A stretch of DNA of 36,447 nucleotides from a virus (Duplodnaviria > Caudoviricetes), in IMG/VR virus record IMGVR_UViG_3300005512_002967, positions 1 to 36,447 of that record. The stretch is one strand, 5' to 3'. Below are positions 8,701 through 17,875 of this stretch, piece after piece. The stretch's first letter is position 1. Every line of letters starts with the position of its first letter. The position numbers and the translations under genes were made by a program. The notes under the pieces were generated by a model. It saw only the letters and a program-made list of their open reading frames with translations, did no database searches and had not been told where the DNA came from.

Positions 8701-11085
8701 AAATGGTTTAGAAAAGAGTACGACCAACTTTTAACCGAGGTAAATGACACTATGAGAAAAATCTATCCCAACAATCCAGATAAGATAATTCCAAAAAGAA
8801 AAGACTACTATCGCCATTTTAGGGAAATGGGAAACGGGATAACGGGACTAATAAACATATTTGATAGCCCCTCAGGAATAGCGTCGTCTCTAGCAGGAAC
8901 AAGTGAGTACACAAAACCTAAGTCTAAGTGGTTATCTTTTGCACAAGAGAGGTTGGGTGACAAAACAGAGTTTGATGCTGTTGGTGGATTTTTAGATTAT
9001 GTAAAGGCGGCAGAATACAACAAGAAAATAGATCCCTTTACCAATCAATTTAGAAAGTTAGCAGAAGATCTGGCTTTTCAGACAGAAAAGGACCCTAAAA
9101 TAAATAACTTTATAGAGTATATAAACGACTTCGCCAACGATCTATCTGGAAAAACCAACCCTGCTGATAGATTTGTTCAAAAAGTAATTGGGAGGAAGCC
9201 AATGAGTGTTCTTAACTGGCTAAATAATCGTGTTAAAGCAAATGTAATCCTTGGCAATGCAAGCTCGTCAATAGCTCAGATATTTAACGTCCCACAGGGA
9301 ATAGCTGATGCTGGACCACAGAACGCAGTCAAAGGTCTTGGTTCGACTATTGCTAATTTATTTGGAGAAGCAACACCAATTAAAAAATCTAACTTCATAC
9401 AGGAGAGATTTGGTACTGATGTGTTTAATAAGTTTGATAGGGGGTTAATAAACAACACTCGTAATTTGGCTGCTTGGATGGTCGGTGCTTTAGATGAAGT
9501 GGGTACAAAATATATATGGAACGCCGAATATCAAAAAGCCATTTCTCAAGGGGTTCCAGACGCTATCAAATATGCAGATGACATGACTAGAAAAATGGTG
9601 GCTGGTAGAGGAATAGGTGAAGTCCCGTTAATCCAAAAGTCTAAAGTATTTCAACTGATTGCACCCTTCCAACTAGAAGTGTCAAACCTGTGGCATGTAA
9701 TGGGAGACTGGGTTAATGAAAAACAATTCGGTAAATTAGCCACTTTTGCTTTAGCTTCATTCGTTTTCAACAAGGGTGCAGAGCAGATAAGAGGAAATGA
9801 TGTCTCATTTGACCCAATACAAGCGTCTATCGATGCCTACAATGCCTACAAAGAAGAAGAAGATAAAAAAGTTGGAACTCTAAGAGCTGGGGGAAGATTG
9901 GCTGGTGAAGTCTTATCAAACCTTCCACTTGGACAAACCGTCGCTGGGATATATCCTGAATTTGGTGGCACTGTTGGCGATACAAAACTCCCAACAAGAA
10001 GCGATCTGTTCGGAGAGGGAGATCCAACAAGATTCGGGTCTGGACTACTGGCTCAAAAAGGCATCCAAGATCCGTTATATAAAATACTACCGTCTTTTGG
10101 TGGACAACAGCTTAAAAGAACTATTGAGGGGGTTGGTGCTACAAATAAAGGTTATTCGGAGTCAAAGACAGGAAAAGTTAGATTTCCAACAGAACAAGAT
10201 CCATTAAGAAATGCTCAAAGAGCTGTTTTTGGTCAATATTCAACTCCTAATGCTCGTGAGTATTTTGATAAAGACACAAGCGTTCTGGGAGATAAACAGT
10301 CGGATACATTCAAAAACTTAATGCAACAATCACCACAAAAGGCTCAAAACTATTACAACTCTATCATCTCTAAGAGAGAGGCAAATAAGAAAACATCACA
10401 AGCTCCTAAAACAGAAAAAACAGGATTGATGGAAAGGCTAACAGGTAAAGCACAGGCGGCAGAAGAAGCCCCAATGGCACTACCAGAAAAAGAAGATCAG
10501 GTAAAAGTCCTCTTCAAAGATGCTAAGAGTATTGTTGACAACTTTGAGGATAATATGACTAAAGCTCAGTATGGTTTAGTCTCTAAAACAGCAGAGGAAT
10601 ATCAAGCTGAGTACGATGAGGCAAAATCAATGCTTGACCGTATAAACAATGAAAAACCAGAGGCAGTTTATAACTTCGAGCTAGATGCCAACAAGTCAGG
10701 AGGGGGGAGAACGGTGGAAGAAAGGGCCAAGTGGACTTATGACTTATTAGACAAGACACCAGACGATAAACTACAGGAAAAGATAAATCAATTATGGGAG
10801 TCTAAAGTTCTAACAAGTGGATCTTCAGGCACAGCACAAGCGTTAAAAGATGAGTATGGTATTGATGTATTAAAGTACACAGGATCTAACAGTAAGATTA
10901 AAAAGTCACTAAAAATAGGTGGGTCAAAACTTAAGAAGTTTACAATGCCAAAACCTACCAAAATATCAACACCAGAACTTACCAAGAGCAAATTATCAAC
11001 AATGCCAAGCTTTAAGATCAAAGCACCACCTAAAATTAAGATGGGTGGAACAAGAAGAAGGGTGAAGTTGACAATACCGAAATAA
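5722..11085 (+). CDS. Large polyvalent ejection-type protein with two ADP-ribosyltransferase-like (ART-PolyVal-like) domains
   Basis: 1787 aa with a strong SD (AGGAGG). Two domains carry (Y/F)HG...(FYFT/IWFS)..A..YA...V.EA...K.P...GYDG...F...QIK. G/A-rich hydrophobic N-terminal region and Lys-rich C-tail. Confidence 0.7.
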   Translation: MASLKDLKDRIKQYIAQSPNKVDDKLLGFGQKAVGTLKGIGGNLANEFKQQQQIKFQPAQRAINSQPVQDFTRSAWQATQIPKAGNILQAAGRTALGTAQLPFSPQNAEVNLQKALELRQKTGTTGSYQQGLMPTLKTLGNVGGATAGTMLTVANVPKMLTGAGATRLATSSLLGGGLNKIMGGSFAQGAGQMAGLTPAISQFSALTNPYIAKSLARLPMAGAVASKLPPALANVAQGVGIDISTGQKTTPLSIGIDLATGALGGSSQFAGLRSVEAPKIKIDSKKVGVVMDAIRSFKRGDVLDPSKNKVDREFVNTVYSIAREYSPEMFKDGRNINYLNALSIANKAVAENMAYKYPVTNQIPAMGLVGDTKPKGLTPEVNPLIQEARKYKSAEEFVKAQGTPVYHGTQAKFDKFDSKFATDAEGRMLNLGWGKGNFYFTTKKGEALKYATRERSGEVAKLYPKGEPNVIEAFVDVKKPFDMEVGKNAERWRKVRDGYWTDGVSDFNYHKIPKGKTKAEAFVEQLKKEGYDGIVDGQEITAFSENQIKTKSQLTDIYNQAKAQPEVNPLIAEARKYKSAEEFVKAQPKVFHGGTSKGMFSKEKQRVDGIWFSDSKSTAAGYAGTNGNVTEAVLDLKNPKVYPTEDSYWLDKTRSTLEKQGYDGLIIKDKGHLAVFRPDQIKTKSQLTDIYNQAKAQPEVKSVGQPLQVGGTGIIDPVKAEEAMISSVKREMYDKEDFNLFNRVKTMARSKLFQEGDIETLRKKNGGVIDKAIERVREAEPNIIDDTEALDYIINLPTQRDTVMPRESFGVGDSVYLAEPTPKTLENIKIRDLKAEKKVADADYKNWQRQVFQQEGARSTEQGNLTNQLNNLGKTIRKNTTAGNVPTEEIKDISGFKAYTKDIYRNFKDAYGNNFPKIKSALLDPFDEAKGDLSRSFKKWSDRVDSEVVKGFGIKKGSKESAAVQQFGEGKAKYEDLISKFGEAKANKIVEADKWFRKEYDQLLTEVNDTMRKIYPNNPDKIIPKRKDYYRHFREMGNGITGLINIFDSPSGIASSLAGTSEYTKPKSKWLSFAQERLGDKTEFDAVGGFLDYVKAAEYNKKIDPFTNQFRKLAEDLAFQTEKDPKINNFIEYINDFANDLSGKTNPADRFVQKVIGRKPMSVLNWLNNRVKANVILGNASSSIAQIFNVPQGIADAGPQNAVKGLGSTIANLFGEATPIKKSNFIQERFGTDVFNKFDRGLINNTRNLAAWMVGALDEVGTKYIWNAEYQKAISQGVPDAIKYADDMTRKMVAGRGIGEVPLIQKSKVFQLIAPFQLEVSNLWHVMGDWVNEKQFGKLATFALASFVFNKGAEQIRGNDVSFDPIQASIDAYNAYKEEEDKKVGTLRAGGRLAGEVLSNLPLGQTVAGIYPEFGGTVGDTKLPTRSDLFGEGDPTRFGSGLLAQKGIQDPLYKILPSFGGQQLKRTIEGVGATNKGYSESKTGKVRFPTEQDPLRNAQRAVFGQYSTPNAREYFDKDTSVLGDKQSDTFKNLMQQSPQKAQNYYNSIISKREANKKTSQAPKTEKTGLMERLTGKAQAAEEAPMALPEKEDQVKVLFKDAKSIVDNFEDNMTKAQYGLVSKTAEEYQAEYDEAKSMLDRINNEKPEAVYNFELDANKSGGGRTVEERAKWTYDLLDKTPDDKLQEKINQLWESKVLTSGSSGTAQALKDEYGIDVLKYTGSNSKIKKSLKIGGSKLKKFTMPKPTKISTPELTKSKLSTMPSFKIKAPPKIKMGGTRRRVKLTIPK
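6855..7823 (+). repeat. Direct repeats bounding two in-frame ART cassettes
   Basis: 46 bp identical at 6879-6924 and 7437-7482; 65 bp identical at 7360-7424 and 7759-7823; 12-mer ACCAGAGGTAAA at 6855, 7413 and 7812. Confidence 0.95.
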
Positions 11086-11096
11086 AATAATATGAT
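11068..11096 (+). promoter_or_regulatory. Putative sigma70 promoter
   Basis: TTGACA-N17-TATGAT. Confidence 0.65.
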
Positions 11097-11129
11097 TAAG
11101 AAGATCTTTACTTATATAAGTGTTAAGTT

Positions 11130-11156
11130 AGACCGCCTTTGTTGCGGTCTTTTTTT
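11130..11156 (+). terminator. Intrinsic terminator
   Basis: AGACCGC-N7-GCGGTCT followed by a T-run, ending 2 nt before the next ATG. Confidence 0.75.
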
Positions 11157-11158
11157 AT

Positions 11159-11833
11159 ATGGCAATAGTTAAAACCCTAACCGAAGCAATCAGTTACATA
11201 AACAATCTCTATGAGATTGATTCTTCCCCACCATCTTCTGGAGAGGAAGATTATGAGGTATGGAAAGGACTACTTAATGTAGCCGTTAACCTATGGGAGA
11301 ATGAAGAGGGAGTAATGTGGAGGGAATTGTTTGTTAAGTTGGATGATGCTAGTACTGGAGATAAAACGGCAAGTGCTGGCGACTATTCGTATGATTGCCC
11401 TGATGACTTTGTAATGCCTGCTAGTGGATATGTATGGATTGGAGACAACACCAATAAAACAGCGTATAAAGTAATAAGACCAGACGAAGTTCAGTTAAGA
11501 GAAAATAATAGCGATAAATGGTGCTATTTCTTACAAGATGGTTCTCCAACACTAGAATTTAACCCTAATTGTCAGGTAGTTGCAGGAACAATAAGATATA
11601 ACTACTACAAAACAGCCACTGCCGTATCTTCTGGAACAGATGAGTTTGAAATGAGTGATCCAATGTTTGCAGTTTATTATGTTGTATCTGAATTAAAGAG
11701 GGAAGAGGGAGATACTTCGCCTGCTGTTATTGCCACCCAAAAAATGGAGGGAATGAAAACTAGAAACGAAGCAGTTCCTTTCTATCAGGAAAATTCAGTA
11801 ATTAACGATGCCGACATCGGGTTTGGAATATGA
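11159..11833 (+). CDS. Head-tail adaptor / tail tubular protein A-like
   Basis: Size, Y..P.DF motif, and position directly before the nozzle-like gene. Confidence 0.55.
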   Translation: MAIVKTLTEAISYINNLYEIDSSPPSSGEEDYEVWKGLLNVAVNLWENEEGVMWRELFVKLDDASTGDKTASAGDYSYDCPDDFVMPASGYVWIGDNTNKTAYKVIRPDEVQLRENNSDKWCYFLQDGSPTLEFNPNCQVVAGTIRYNYYKTATAVSSGTDEFEMSDPMFAVYYVVSELKREEGDTSPAVIATQKMEGMKTRNEAVPFYQENSVINDADIGFGI

Positions 11834-13839
11834 GACTTTCAGGAAGAACAACACAGGCAAAGGAAGCGAGGATAACAATAGATAAGTTTGATGGTGGATA
11901 TAACAACCTTGTTGATGAGGCTCGCATGGACACTAAGTTTGCTGTAGAAAGCAATAACATGATTCAAGTTCAGGATGGTATTTGGAAAACTAGATGGGGG
12001 CGTAAGTATTATGGTCCCGATTATCCTGCTACTCCCGATGGGGCTTCAGAATTTGTTAAGTCAGACGGAACAACTGAGCTTATTGTTGTATCAAATGGTA
12101 AAGTCTACAAATCTACAGATGGTGGAGCTATTTCTGAGATCACAGGGGCAACATTCACGGCTGGTGTTAAATGTTACTTTATGCAGATAACTGGATACTT
12201 ATATATTGCAAATGGAACAGACGACCTTGCAAGGTATGATGGAACAAACTTAACCAAGTACACTCAAATATCAGCTCCTGCCAATTTAACAGCCTCCCTA
12301 ACGGCTTCTGGACTAACTTCTGGTGTTTATACATACTACGCTCAAGTAACAGCCTTAAATACTATTGGAGAGACAGTTGGTTCAACCGAGGCTTCAATAA
12401 CTACCAACAAACTAAGGGATTCATGGACTGCTGGAACAGATCAGGTTGTTTGGAGCTGGGACGCCGTGTCAGGGGCTACTAGATACCAAATATATCTATC
12501 CGATCAGGCAGGATATGAAAACTTATTAGGTAATTCAGAGGTTACAAACTTTACAGACGATGGGACGGCAGACATTAACCCTTACATTGAGGTTCCTGAT
12601 GACAACACGACTGGAGCTCCTAAATTCACCTCAATGTGTGTTTCTTCTAACAGAATATGGGCGACAAATAACGCAAACGATATGTACAAGGTTTACTTCT
12701 CAGGAACAGGTCAGTTTATAGGTACATTCTCTGACTTTTATGGTGGTGGTTGGATCAACCTTGAAAAGGGAGGTCGTGAGACTCCTGTTGTTGTCAAGCA
12801 TTATCAGAGTGGTGCAGGAGACGGGAGAGCCACAGTTCTTGCAAAGACTCCTGATGGTCGTGGTGCTGTATGGCAGATAACAATTTCATCAGCCACAGTT
12901 GGATCATCAACATTCTCAGTACCTTCCGCTTCAAAGATTGTGGGTTCGTGGGGCACAGAAGCTGTTGGCGGTGTTGTTGCAACTGATAACGATATTGGAT
13001 TCCCTAATAGAAAAGGTTGGTTTTATCTCGGTCCACAACAAAACTATTACGGTATTCTTCGTACCCGTGAGATGAGTAGTAATATACGCCCATACTGGAG
13101 AAACCTAAATGGTGCTAATGTTAAAAACATTGTTGCCTATTACTACGATGCTAAGACTTTCATATCTGTAGCTACTGGAACTTCAGGAAATGATAGGATT
13201 GTGGTTCTTGACTCGGAGAAAAAAAACAACTGGTCTGTTGATTGGTCATTTGGTTCAAATGGATTTCTTGAGTATACAGATACGGCAGGATCAACGCATT
13301 TTTTGTCAATTCCCGTAAGCGGAACAAAACTTGAAGAAATATCAGAAAACTTCTTGGGAGATTTTGGAGGAGCTATTAACTACTCCTACATCTCACCGCT
13401 AATTCCTGTAAGTCAGAATAAAACTGATATTCTTAATTTCAGGGAGGCAGTAGTGGAACTTGGAAGACCTAAGGGGACAGTAAATTTTCAAGTTCTTGGT
13501 GTTGGTAAAAATGATGCCTTTAACACTATTGCGACAGCTACGGTTTCAAGCTTTGGAGCAAATACTGGTGTGGGAACTGATCTTGCAGGTGAATTATATC
13601 CATCAGAAACCAGAGCTAGTGCTAGTGGTGGTGCTGATAGTTGGGCAGTATATCTTCTTGAAGCTCCATCAGTATTCGCTCAGGCGACAACCAAAAAGGC
13701 AATTAAGAAGCGTGCAAAGCTATATTCACTACAATATAAGGTATACTCAAATACAGCAGACACACAGTATTCAATACTGTCATTACAAGCCAAAGGAAGA
13801 TTAGTAAATAGACGCTTACCTTCCAACTGGACAAATTAA
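11830..13839 (+). CDS. Tail nozzle / tail tubular protein B-like (P22 gp10-like) with an Fn3/Ig-like insert
   Basis: F.GG.N N-terminus, beta-rich propeller-like repeats, and a SAPANLTAS...WSWDAVSGATRYQIY Fn3-like segment. Confidence 0.6.
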   Translation: MRLSGRTTQAKEARITIDKFDGGYNNLVDEARMDTKFAVESNNMIQVQDGIWKTRWGRKYYGPDYPATPDGASEFVKSDGTTELIVVSNGKVYKSTDGGAISEITGATFTAGVKCYFMQITGYLYIANGTDDLARYDGTNLTKYTQISAPANLTASLTASGLTSGVYTYYAQVTALNTIGETVGSTEASITTNKLRDSWTAGTDQVVWSWDAVSGATRYQIYLSDQAGYENLLGNSEVTNFTDDGTADINPYIEVPDDNTTGAPKFTSMCVSSNRIWATNNANDMYKVYFSGTGQFIGTFSDFYGGGWINLEKGGRETPVVVKHYQSGAGDGRATVLAKTPDGRGAVWQITISSATVGSSTFSVPSASKIVGSWGTEAVGGVVATDNDIGFPNRKGWFYLGPQQNYYGILRTREMSSNIRPYWRNLNGANVKNIVAYYYDAKTFISVATGTSGNDRIVVLDSEKKNNWSVDWSFGSNGFLEYTDTAGSTHFLSIPVSGTKLEEISENFLGDFGGAINYSYISPLIPVSQNKTDILNFREAVVELGRPKGTVNFQVLGVGKNDAFNTIATATVSSFGANTGVGTDLAGELYPSETRASASGGADSWAVYLLEAPSVFAQATTKKAIKKRAKLYSLQYKVYSNTADTQYSILSLQAKGRLVNRRLPSNWTN

Positions 13840-13855
13840 TAGTTAAGAAAATAAA

Positions 13856-14734
13856 ATGGCTGCAGCAAATACAGACAAACTAAAAAAATTATCAAGAAAA
13901 TGGGTTGGTCAGATTGGATCTGGAGGAGTTACAGATGACACGGTGACAACAATTCCATTAGCTTCAACCACAAACCTACCAACAGATACGGCGGTTGTAG
14001 TAACTATTGACAGGGTTGACTCAAGTGGTACTAAAACCCCAACCCTTGAAGAGTCAGTTATTGGAGTGGTATCAGGATCAAATCTTATTAACTGTGTCAG
14101 AGGATCAGAGGGGACGGCTCAGGCACATAACGCTGGTGCAGTTGTTGAAGTCTTAGTAACAGCCAAAGGATACAACGATATTATTGATGGCTTCTTAGTT
14201 GCTCACAACCAAGACGGGACACATGGTAATCTTGGAAACGCCACAGCTTCAACGGTTAGTGCCTCAGATGTAACAGCCTCAAGGTCCATGACTGCTTGCG
14301 ACCTTACAGCCTCGACGATTATTGCAAACTCCGTAACAGCCAGAACTACAAATGCAGATCTAGCCTTAGCAGGAAATGGAACTGGAAAGGTTAAGATAAA
14401 CGCAAGGTATGGGACTCCACAAGCAGGAACAATATCAGCCTCCTCAGTAACGCTTGATATGAGTGTTGCCAACACCCACACAGTTACTCTTGCTAGTGCA
14501 ACAGGAACAACTCTTGTAGCTTCAAACGTATCAGTCGGACAACCGTTCCTTGTAAGAACTTTACAGCCTGCTGGGGGAAGTGCAACCGTTAACTGGTTTA
14601 CAGGTTCCACGGTTAAATGGGCAGGTGGATCAGCACCGACTCTAACGGCAACAGCTGATAAAGCGGATATGTTTGGCTTCCTATGTACTTCAGCTAGTAA
14701 TTATGACGGTGTAATAGTCGGACAAAATATATGA
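13856..14734 (+). CDS. Tail fibre / spike protein
   Basis: VRG.EGT.AQAH.AGA.V attachment motif, T/A/S pentad repeats, and a VKWAGGSAPTLT...D.FGF C-terminal domain. Confidence 0.65.
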   Translation: MAAANTDKLKKLSRKWVGQIGSGGVTDDTVTTIPLASTTNLPTDTAVVVTIDRVDSSGTKTPTLEESVIGVVSGSNLINCVRGSEGTAQAHNAGAVVEVLVTAKGYNDIIDGFLVAHNQDGTHGNLGNATASTVSASDVTASRSMTACDLTASTIIANSVTARTTNADLALAGNGTGKVKINARYGTPQAGTISASSVTLDMSVANTHTVTLASATGTTLVASNVSVGQPFLVRTLQPAGGSATVNWFTGSTVKWAGGSAPTLTATADKADMFGFLCTSASNYDGVIVGQNI

Positions 14735-14886
14735 AAAAGCTTAAAAAGAATATCACCACAACTAGACAATTTAGTTATGAGATTGACGGATCAACCCTTT
14801 CTTTCACTCTAAACATAGACAACAAAAAACAAGTAGACGCTTTTAGAAAGTGTTTAAAAGAAGCATTAAAAGATATTAAAGAATAA
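14731..14886 (+). CDS. Hypothetical protein, 51 aa (not in ORF track)
   Basis: MKKLKKNITT...; ATGA and TAATG overlaps with both neighbours. Confidence 0.6.
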   Translation: MKKLKKNITTTRQFSYEIDGSTLSFTLNIDNKKQVDAFRKCLKEALKDIKE

Positions 14887-16382
14887 TGGCACTATCAGCA
14901 ACAGGAGGAACAATAACATACGCTGGAGGAAAGACAATTCACACATTTACTTCTAGTGGTGATTTTGTAGTGTCTGGACCATCACAAAAAGAAGTTTATA
15001 CAACAGACCTTTACAGCGATGCAAATTTACAGGGGTATTGGAGGTTAGAAGCTGATGGAACTGATAGTAGTGGAAATGGTAACACTTTAACAGCTAGTGG
15101 TTCACCTACTCATGCTACAGGGAAATTTGGTAACGGTGTTGACTTGGAAGCTAGTTCATCACAATACTATGCGATAGCAGACGGTAGTCAAACAGGACTT
15201 GATGTAACAGGAGATTTTACAATCTCAACATGGATTAAGAGAGAAAGTATAGGCTCATTTCAAGCCATAGTTACAAAAGATGATATTTCTGACAGACAAA
15301 TAGAGTTCTATCTGGATAGTAACAACAAGGTTGTTATCGCTTACGAGGATACTGTCGCGGGAAGAACGACATTAACTACCACAAATGCTTTAACCACAAC
15401 AGGGGTGTGGTTTCATGTTGTCGCTAGAGTTGACATATCAACTGGTGTTCCAGAGGTTTTTGTAGACGGAACTAAGTGGACTGGTGTAACTAGCGGTGGT
15501 GGGACAACCGCCATTGTTTCTGGAGCTGCTGATTTCATGATTGGTGCTAGAGATAATGCTGGGGGAATTGACCTTTTTTTTGACGGAATGATTGATGATG
15601 TCGCAATCTGGGATAGAGCCTTAACAGATGAAGAAGTTGTAAGTCTATATGGAGTGAGAGCTGCCGTCCTAGTTATTGGTGGTGGTGGTTCAGGTGGAAA
15701 CGGAGGAGGTGGAGGTGGAGGAGCTGGTGGATACCAATATAACGACTCTTATGCTTTAACCGCTCAAACATATACTGTAACGGTTGGTACTGGTGGTGCT
15801 GCTCAAACAAGTTCCAACACAAAAGGAAATAATGGAAATAATAGTGTATTTGGAACAATAACAGCAAACGGTGGGGGTGGTGGTGGTGCTTACAACAACC
15901 AAGCTGGAAACAATGGTGGAAGTGGAGGAGGTGGTGGAGGTGCTGAATCTACAGGTGGAGCTGGTGGAACTGGAAGTCAGGGTTCAAACGGTGGAACGGG
16001 TGGTGTTGGCGCACCAAACTATAAAGGTGGTGGCGGTGGAGGTGCAACATCGGCTGGAACTTCTGGTGCAACTGTTGGAACTGGTGGAAATGGAACAGCA
16101 AACTCAATTACAGGAACATCTGTAACTTATGCTGGAGGTGGGGGGGGGAGTGCAAACACCGCAGCTGCTGGAGGTGAGGGTGGAACTGGTGGAGGGGGTG
16201 CTGGTGGTAATGCTCCGAGCAATGCTGCCAACCCTGGAGTTGCTGGAACAGACGGTCTAGGTGGTGGAGGGGGTGGTGGAGTTGGCACATCATCTGGCAA
16301 GGGAGGAAGCGGTGTTGTTATAATCAGTTACGACACTCCAGCGTCAACAACAGGAGCCGCCTTCTTATTAAACTTTATATAA
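14886..16382 (+). CDS. Glycine-rich virion protein with a LamG/concanavalin A-like domain (putative receptor binding)
   Basis: LQGYWRL..., FTISTWIK, WFHVV and FFDGMIDDVAIWDRALT (LamG). ATGGTIT..HTFTSSG, LVIGGGG and GGSGVVIISY (Gly-rich domain). Confidence 0.8.
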   Translation: MALSATGGTITYAGGKTIHTFTSSGDFVVSGPSQKEVYTTDLYSDANLQGYWRLEADGTDSSGNGNTLTASGSPTHATGKFGNGVDLEASSSQYYAIADGSQTGLDVTGDFTISTWIKRESIGSFQAIVTKDDISDRQIEFYLDSNNKVVIAYEDTVAGRTTLTTTNALTTTGVWFHVVARVDISTGVPEVFVDGTKWTGVTSGGGTTAIVSGAADFMIGARDNAGGIDLFFDGMIDDVAIWDRALTDEEVVSLYGVRAAVLVIGGGGSGGNGGGGGGGAGGYQYNDSYALTAQTYTVTVGTGGAAQTSSNTKGNNGNNSVFGTITANGGGGGGAYNNQAGNNGGSGGGGGGAESTGGAGGTGSQGSNGGTGGVGAPNYKGGGGGGATSAGTSGATVGTGGNGTANSITGTSVTYAGGGGGSANTAAAGGEGGTGGGGAGGNAPSNAANPGVAGTDGLGGGGGGGVGTSSGKGGSGVVIISYDTPASTTGAAFLLNFI

Positions 16383-16384
16383 AC

Positions 16385-16498
16385 ATGAAAGACAAACTTA
16401 AAAAACTACTACACGGAATGGGAATTTATTTAACAAGACCTAAACAGATTGAGTTAATAGAAAAAATTGTTAATATAAAAAAAAAGATTAGAAAATAA
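16385..16498 (+). CDS. Small basic hypothetical protein, 37 aa
   Basis: MKDKLKKLLHG...; fills the gap between genes. Confidence 0.35.
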   Translation: MKDKLKKLLHGMGIYLTRPKQIELIEKIVNIKKKIRK

Positions 16499-16516
16499 TA
16501 CATACTCAAGACATAC

Positions 16517-16786
16517 ATGTTCACAAGAAAAGACATCAAAAAAACCATTCTTACTATCATCACTTCTCTTTCTATCGGAGCTGTTGGTGGTATTAGCACT
16601 TATATTGCTACTGCTAACAGCAATCATTTCAATATATCCGCAAATTCAAGAAGGATCGAGGAGATCGAATCGAACTATGTGCATTCTGATAGGTACGAGT
16701 CAGACATCAAGGCTATCACCTCAGATCTTTCCGAACTTAAACAAGGAGATCAGAAAATACTTGATTATATTATTAGATTGCGATGA
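16517..16786 (+). CDS. Single-TM coiled-coil protein (holin-like or lysis accessory)
   Basis: N-terminal TM plus coiled coil, coupled to the endolysin start. Confidence 0.5.
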   Translation: MFTRKDIKKTILTIITSLSIGAVGGISTYIATANSNHFNISANSRRIEEIESNYVHSDRYESDIKAITSDLSELKQGDQKILDYIIRLR

Positions 16787-17634
16787 AGCTAAATGATTTT
16801 GTAAACAAGTGGAACGGTGAGCATGTAGAGGTGGCAGGATCTGCCAACGCCCTTAATCAATGTGTTGATCTTGCAAACTTATATATCAAAACTGTATGGG
16901 GTAAACCAATAATTCAATGGACAAATGCTGTTGATTTTCCTTCAAGAATGCCTGCCCCTGATTATGAGTTTATAGAGAATACACCCGAAGCCGTCCCTCC
17001 AGAAGGATGTTTAATGATTTGGAATAACACCAAAGTAGGACATATAGCAATTTTCATAGAAGGAAGTGTTAAGAGTTTTAGAAGCTTTGATCAAAACTAT
17101 CCCACTGGCTCACCTTGTCATATTCAAAACCATACATATTCAGGAGTATTTGGTTGGATTATTAAAAAAGATAGTATAATAAAACCACCTCAAATAGAGG
17201 CACAAATGAACGACCAAACAAAAATACCCCTCGGAGAAAAGTGGGGAGACGTGGAAATACAAGCCATAAGATCAATGCTTCGTGATAGTGACAAACTAAA
17301 AGACGAGCTTGAGAAATGGAAAACTAAATATGAAGAGTTGGTTAAAATTCAATTAGGTATGAAAGATGAATTTACTACAAAACTTGAAACTACTAAACAA
17401 CTCGCTGAGGATAGAAAAAGGGAACGAGATGAACTTATATCTGAATTGGCTAAAATCCTTGGCACAACACAGGAGAAAGCTGTTATTGTTGCAGACATTA
17501 AAAAAACTATTGCTGATAATGAAAAACTTAAAAATATCTCGGATAATCGGCCTGTCTATGGCGATAATTGGATTCAATCTCTTACAAAACTTTTAGGAGA
17601 CTTCTTTAATAATTTATATTTAAAAATTAAATAA
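16783..17634 (+). CDS. CHAP-domain endolysin with C-terminal coiled coil
   Basis: QCVDL, NA.DF, GHIAI and FDQNY CHAP motifs. Confidence 0.85.
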   Translation: MKLNDFVNKWNGEHVEVAGSANALNQCVDLANLYIKTVWGKPIIQWTNAVDFPSRMPAPDYEFIENTPEAVPPEGCLMIWNNTKVGHIAIFIEGSVKSFRSFDQNYPTGSPCHIQNHTYSGVFGWIIKKDSIIKPPQIEAQMNDQTKIPLGEKWGDVEIQAIRSMLRDSDKLKDELEKWKTKYEELVKIQLGMKDEFTTKLETTKQLAEDRKRERDELISELAKILGTTQEKAVIVADIKKTIADNEKLKNISDNRPVYGDNWIQSLTKLLGDFFNNLYLKIK

Positions 17635-17638
17635 TAAA

Positions 17639-17875
17639 ATGGCAAGAAAAAAAACCATCATAAGCAAGGTTAATGAAATTAAGCGTGAGGACGTCGCTAA
17701 ATGGGGTAAGAATGCTCTACTATTCACAATCCCTGCAATCATAGTATTTATAGGGTCAGTAGCCGATGTAATACCAAAAGACGCGTCCTACGGTGTGGTT
17801 TTGCTTTATGTACTCAACTTGTTAACTGATTTTCTAAAAAAATACCGTCAGGAGAATAAATATGAAATACATTAA
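17639..17875 (+). CDS. Putative holin
   Basis: Two hydrophobic segments with charged termini, directly after the endolysin. Confidence 0.55.
   Translation: MARKKTIISKVNEIKREDVAKWGKNALLFTIPAIIVFIGSVADVIPKDASYGVVLLYVLNLLTDFLKKYRQENKYEIH

Noticed and set aside
15675-16310. GGN tandem repeats as a separate repeat element
   Set aside because: Explained by the glycine-rich coding sequence.
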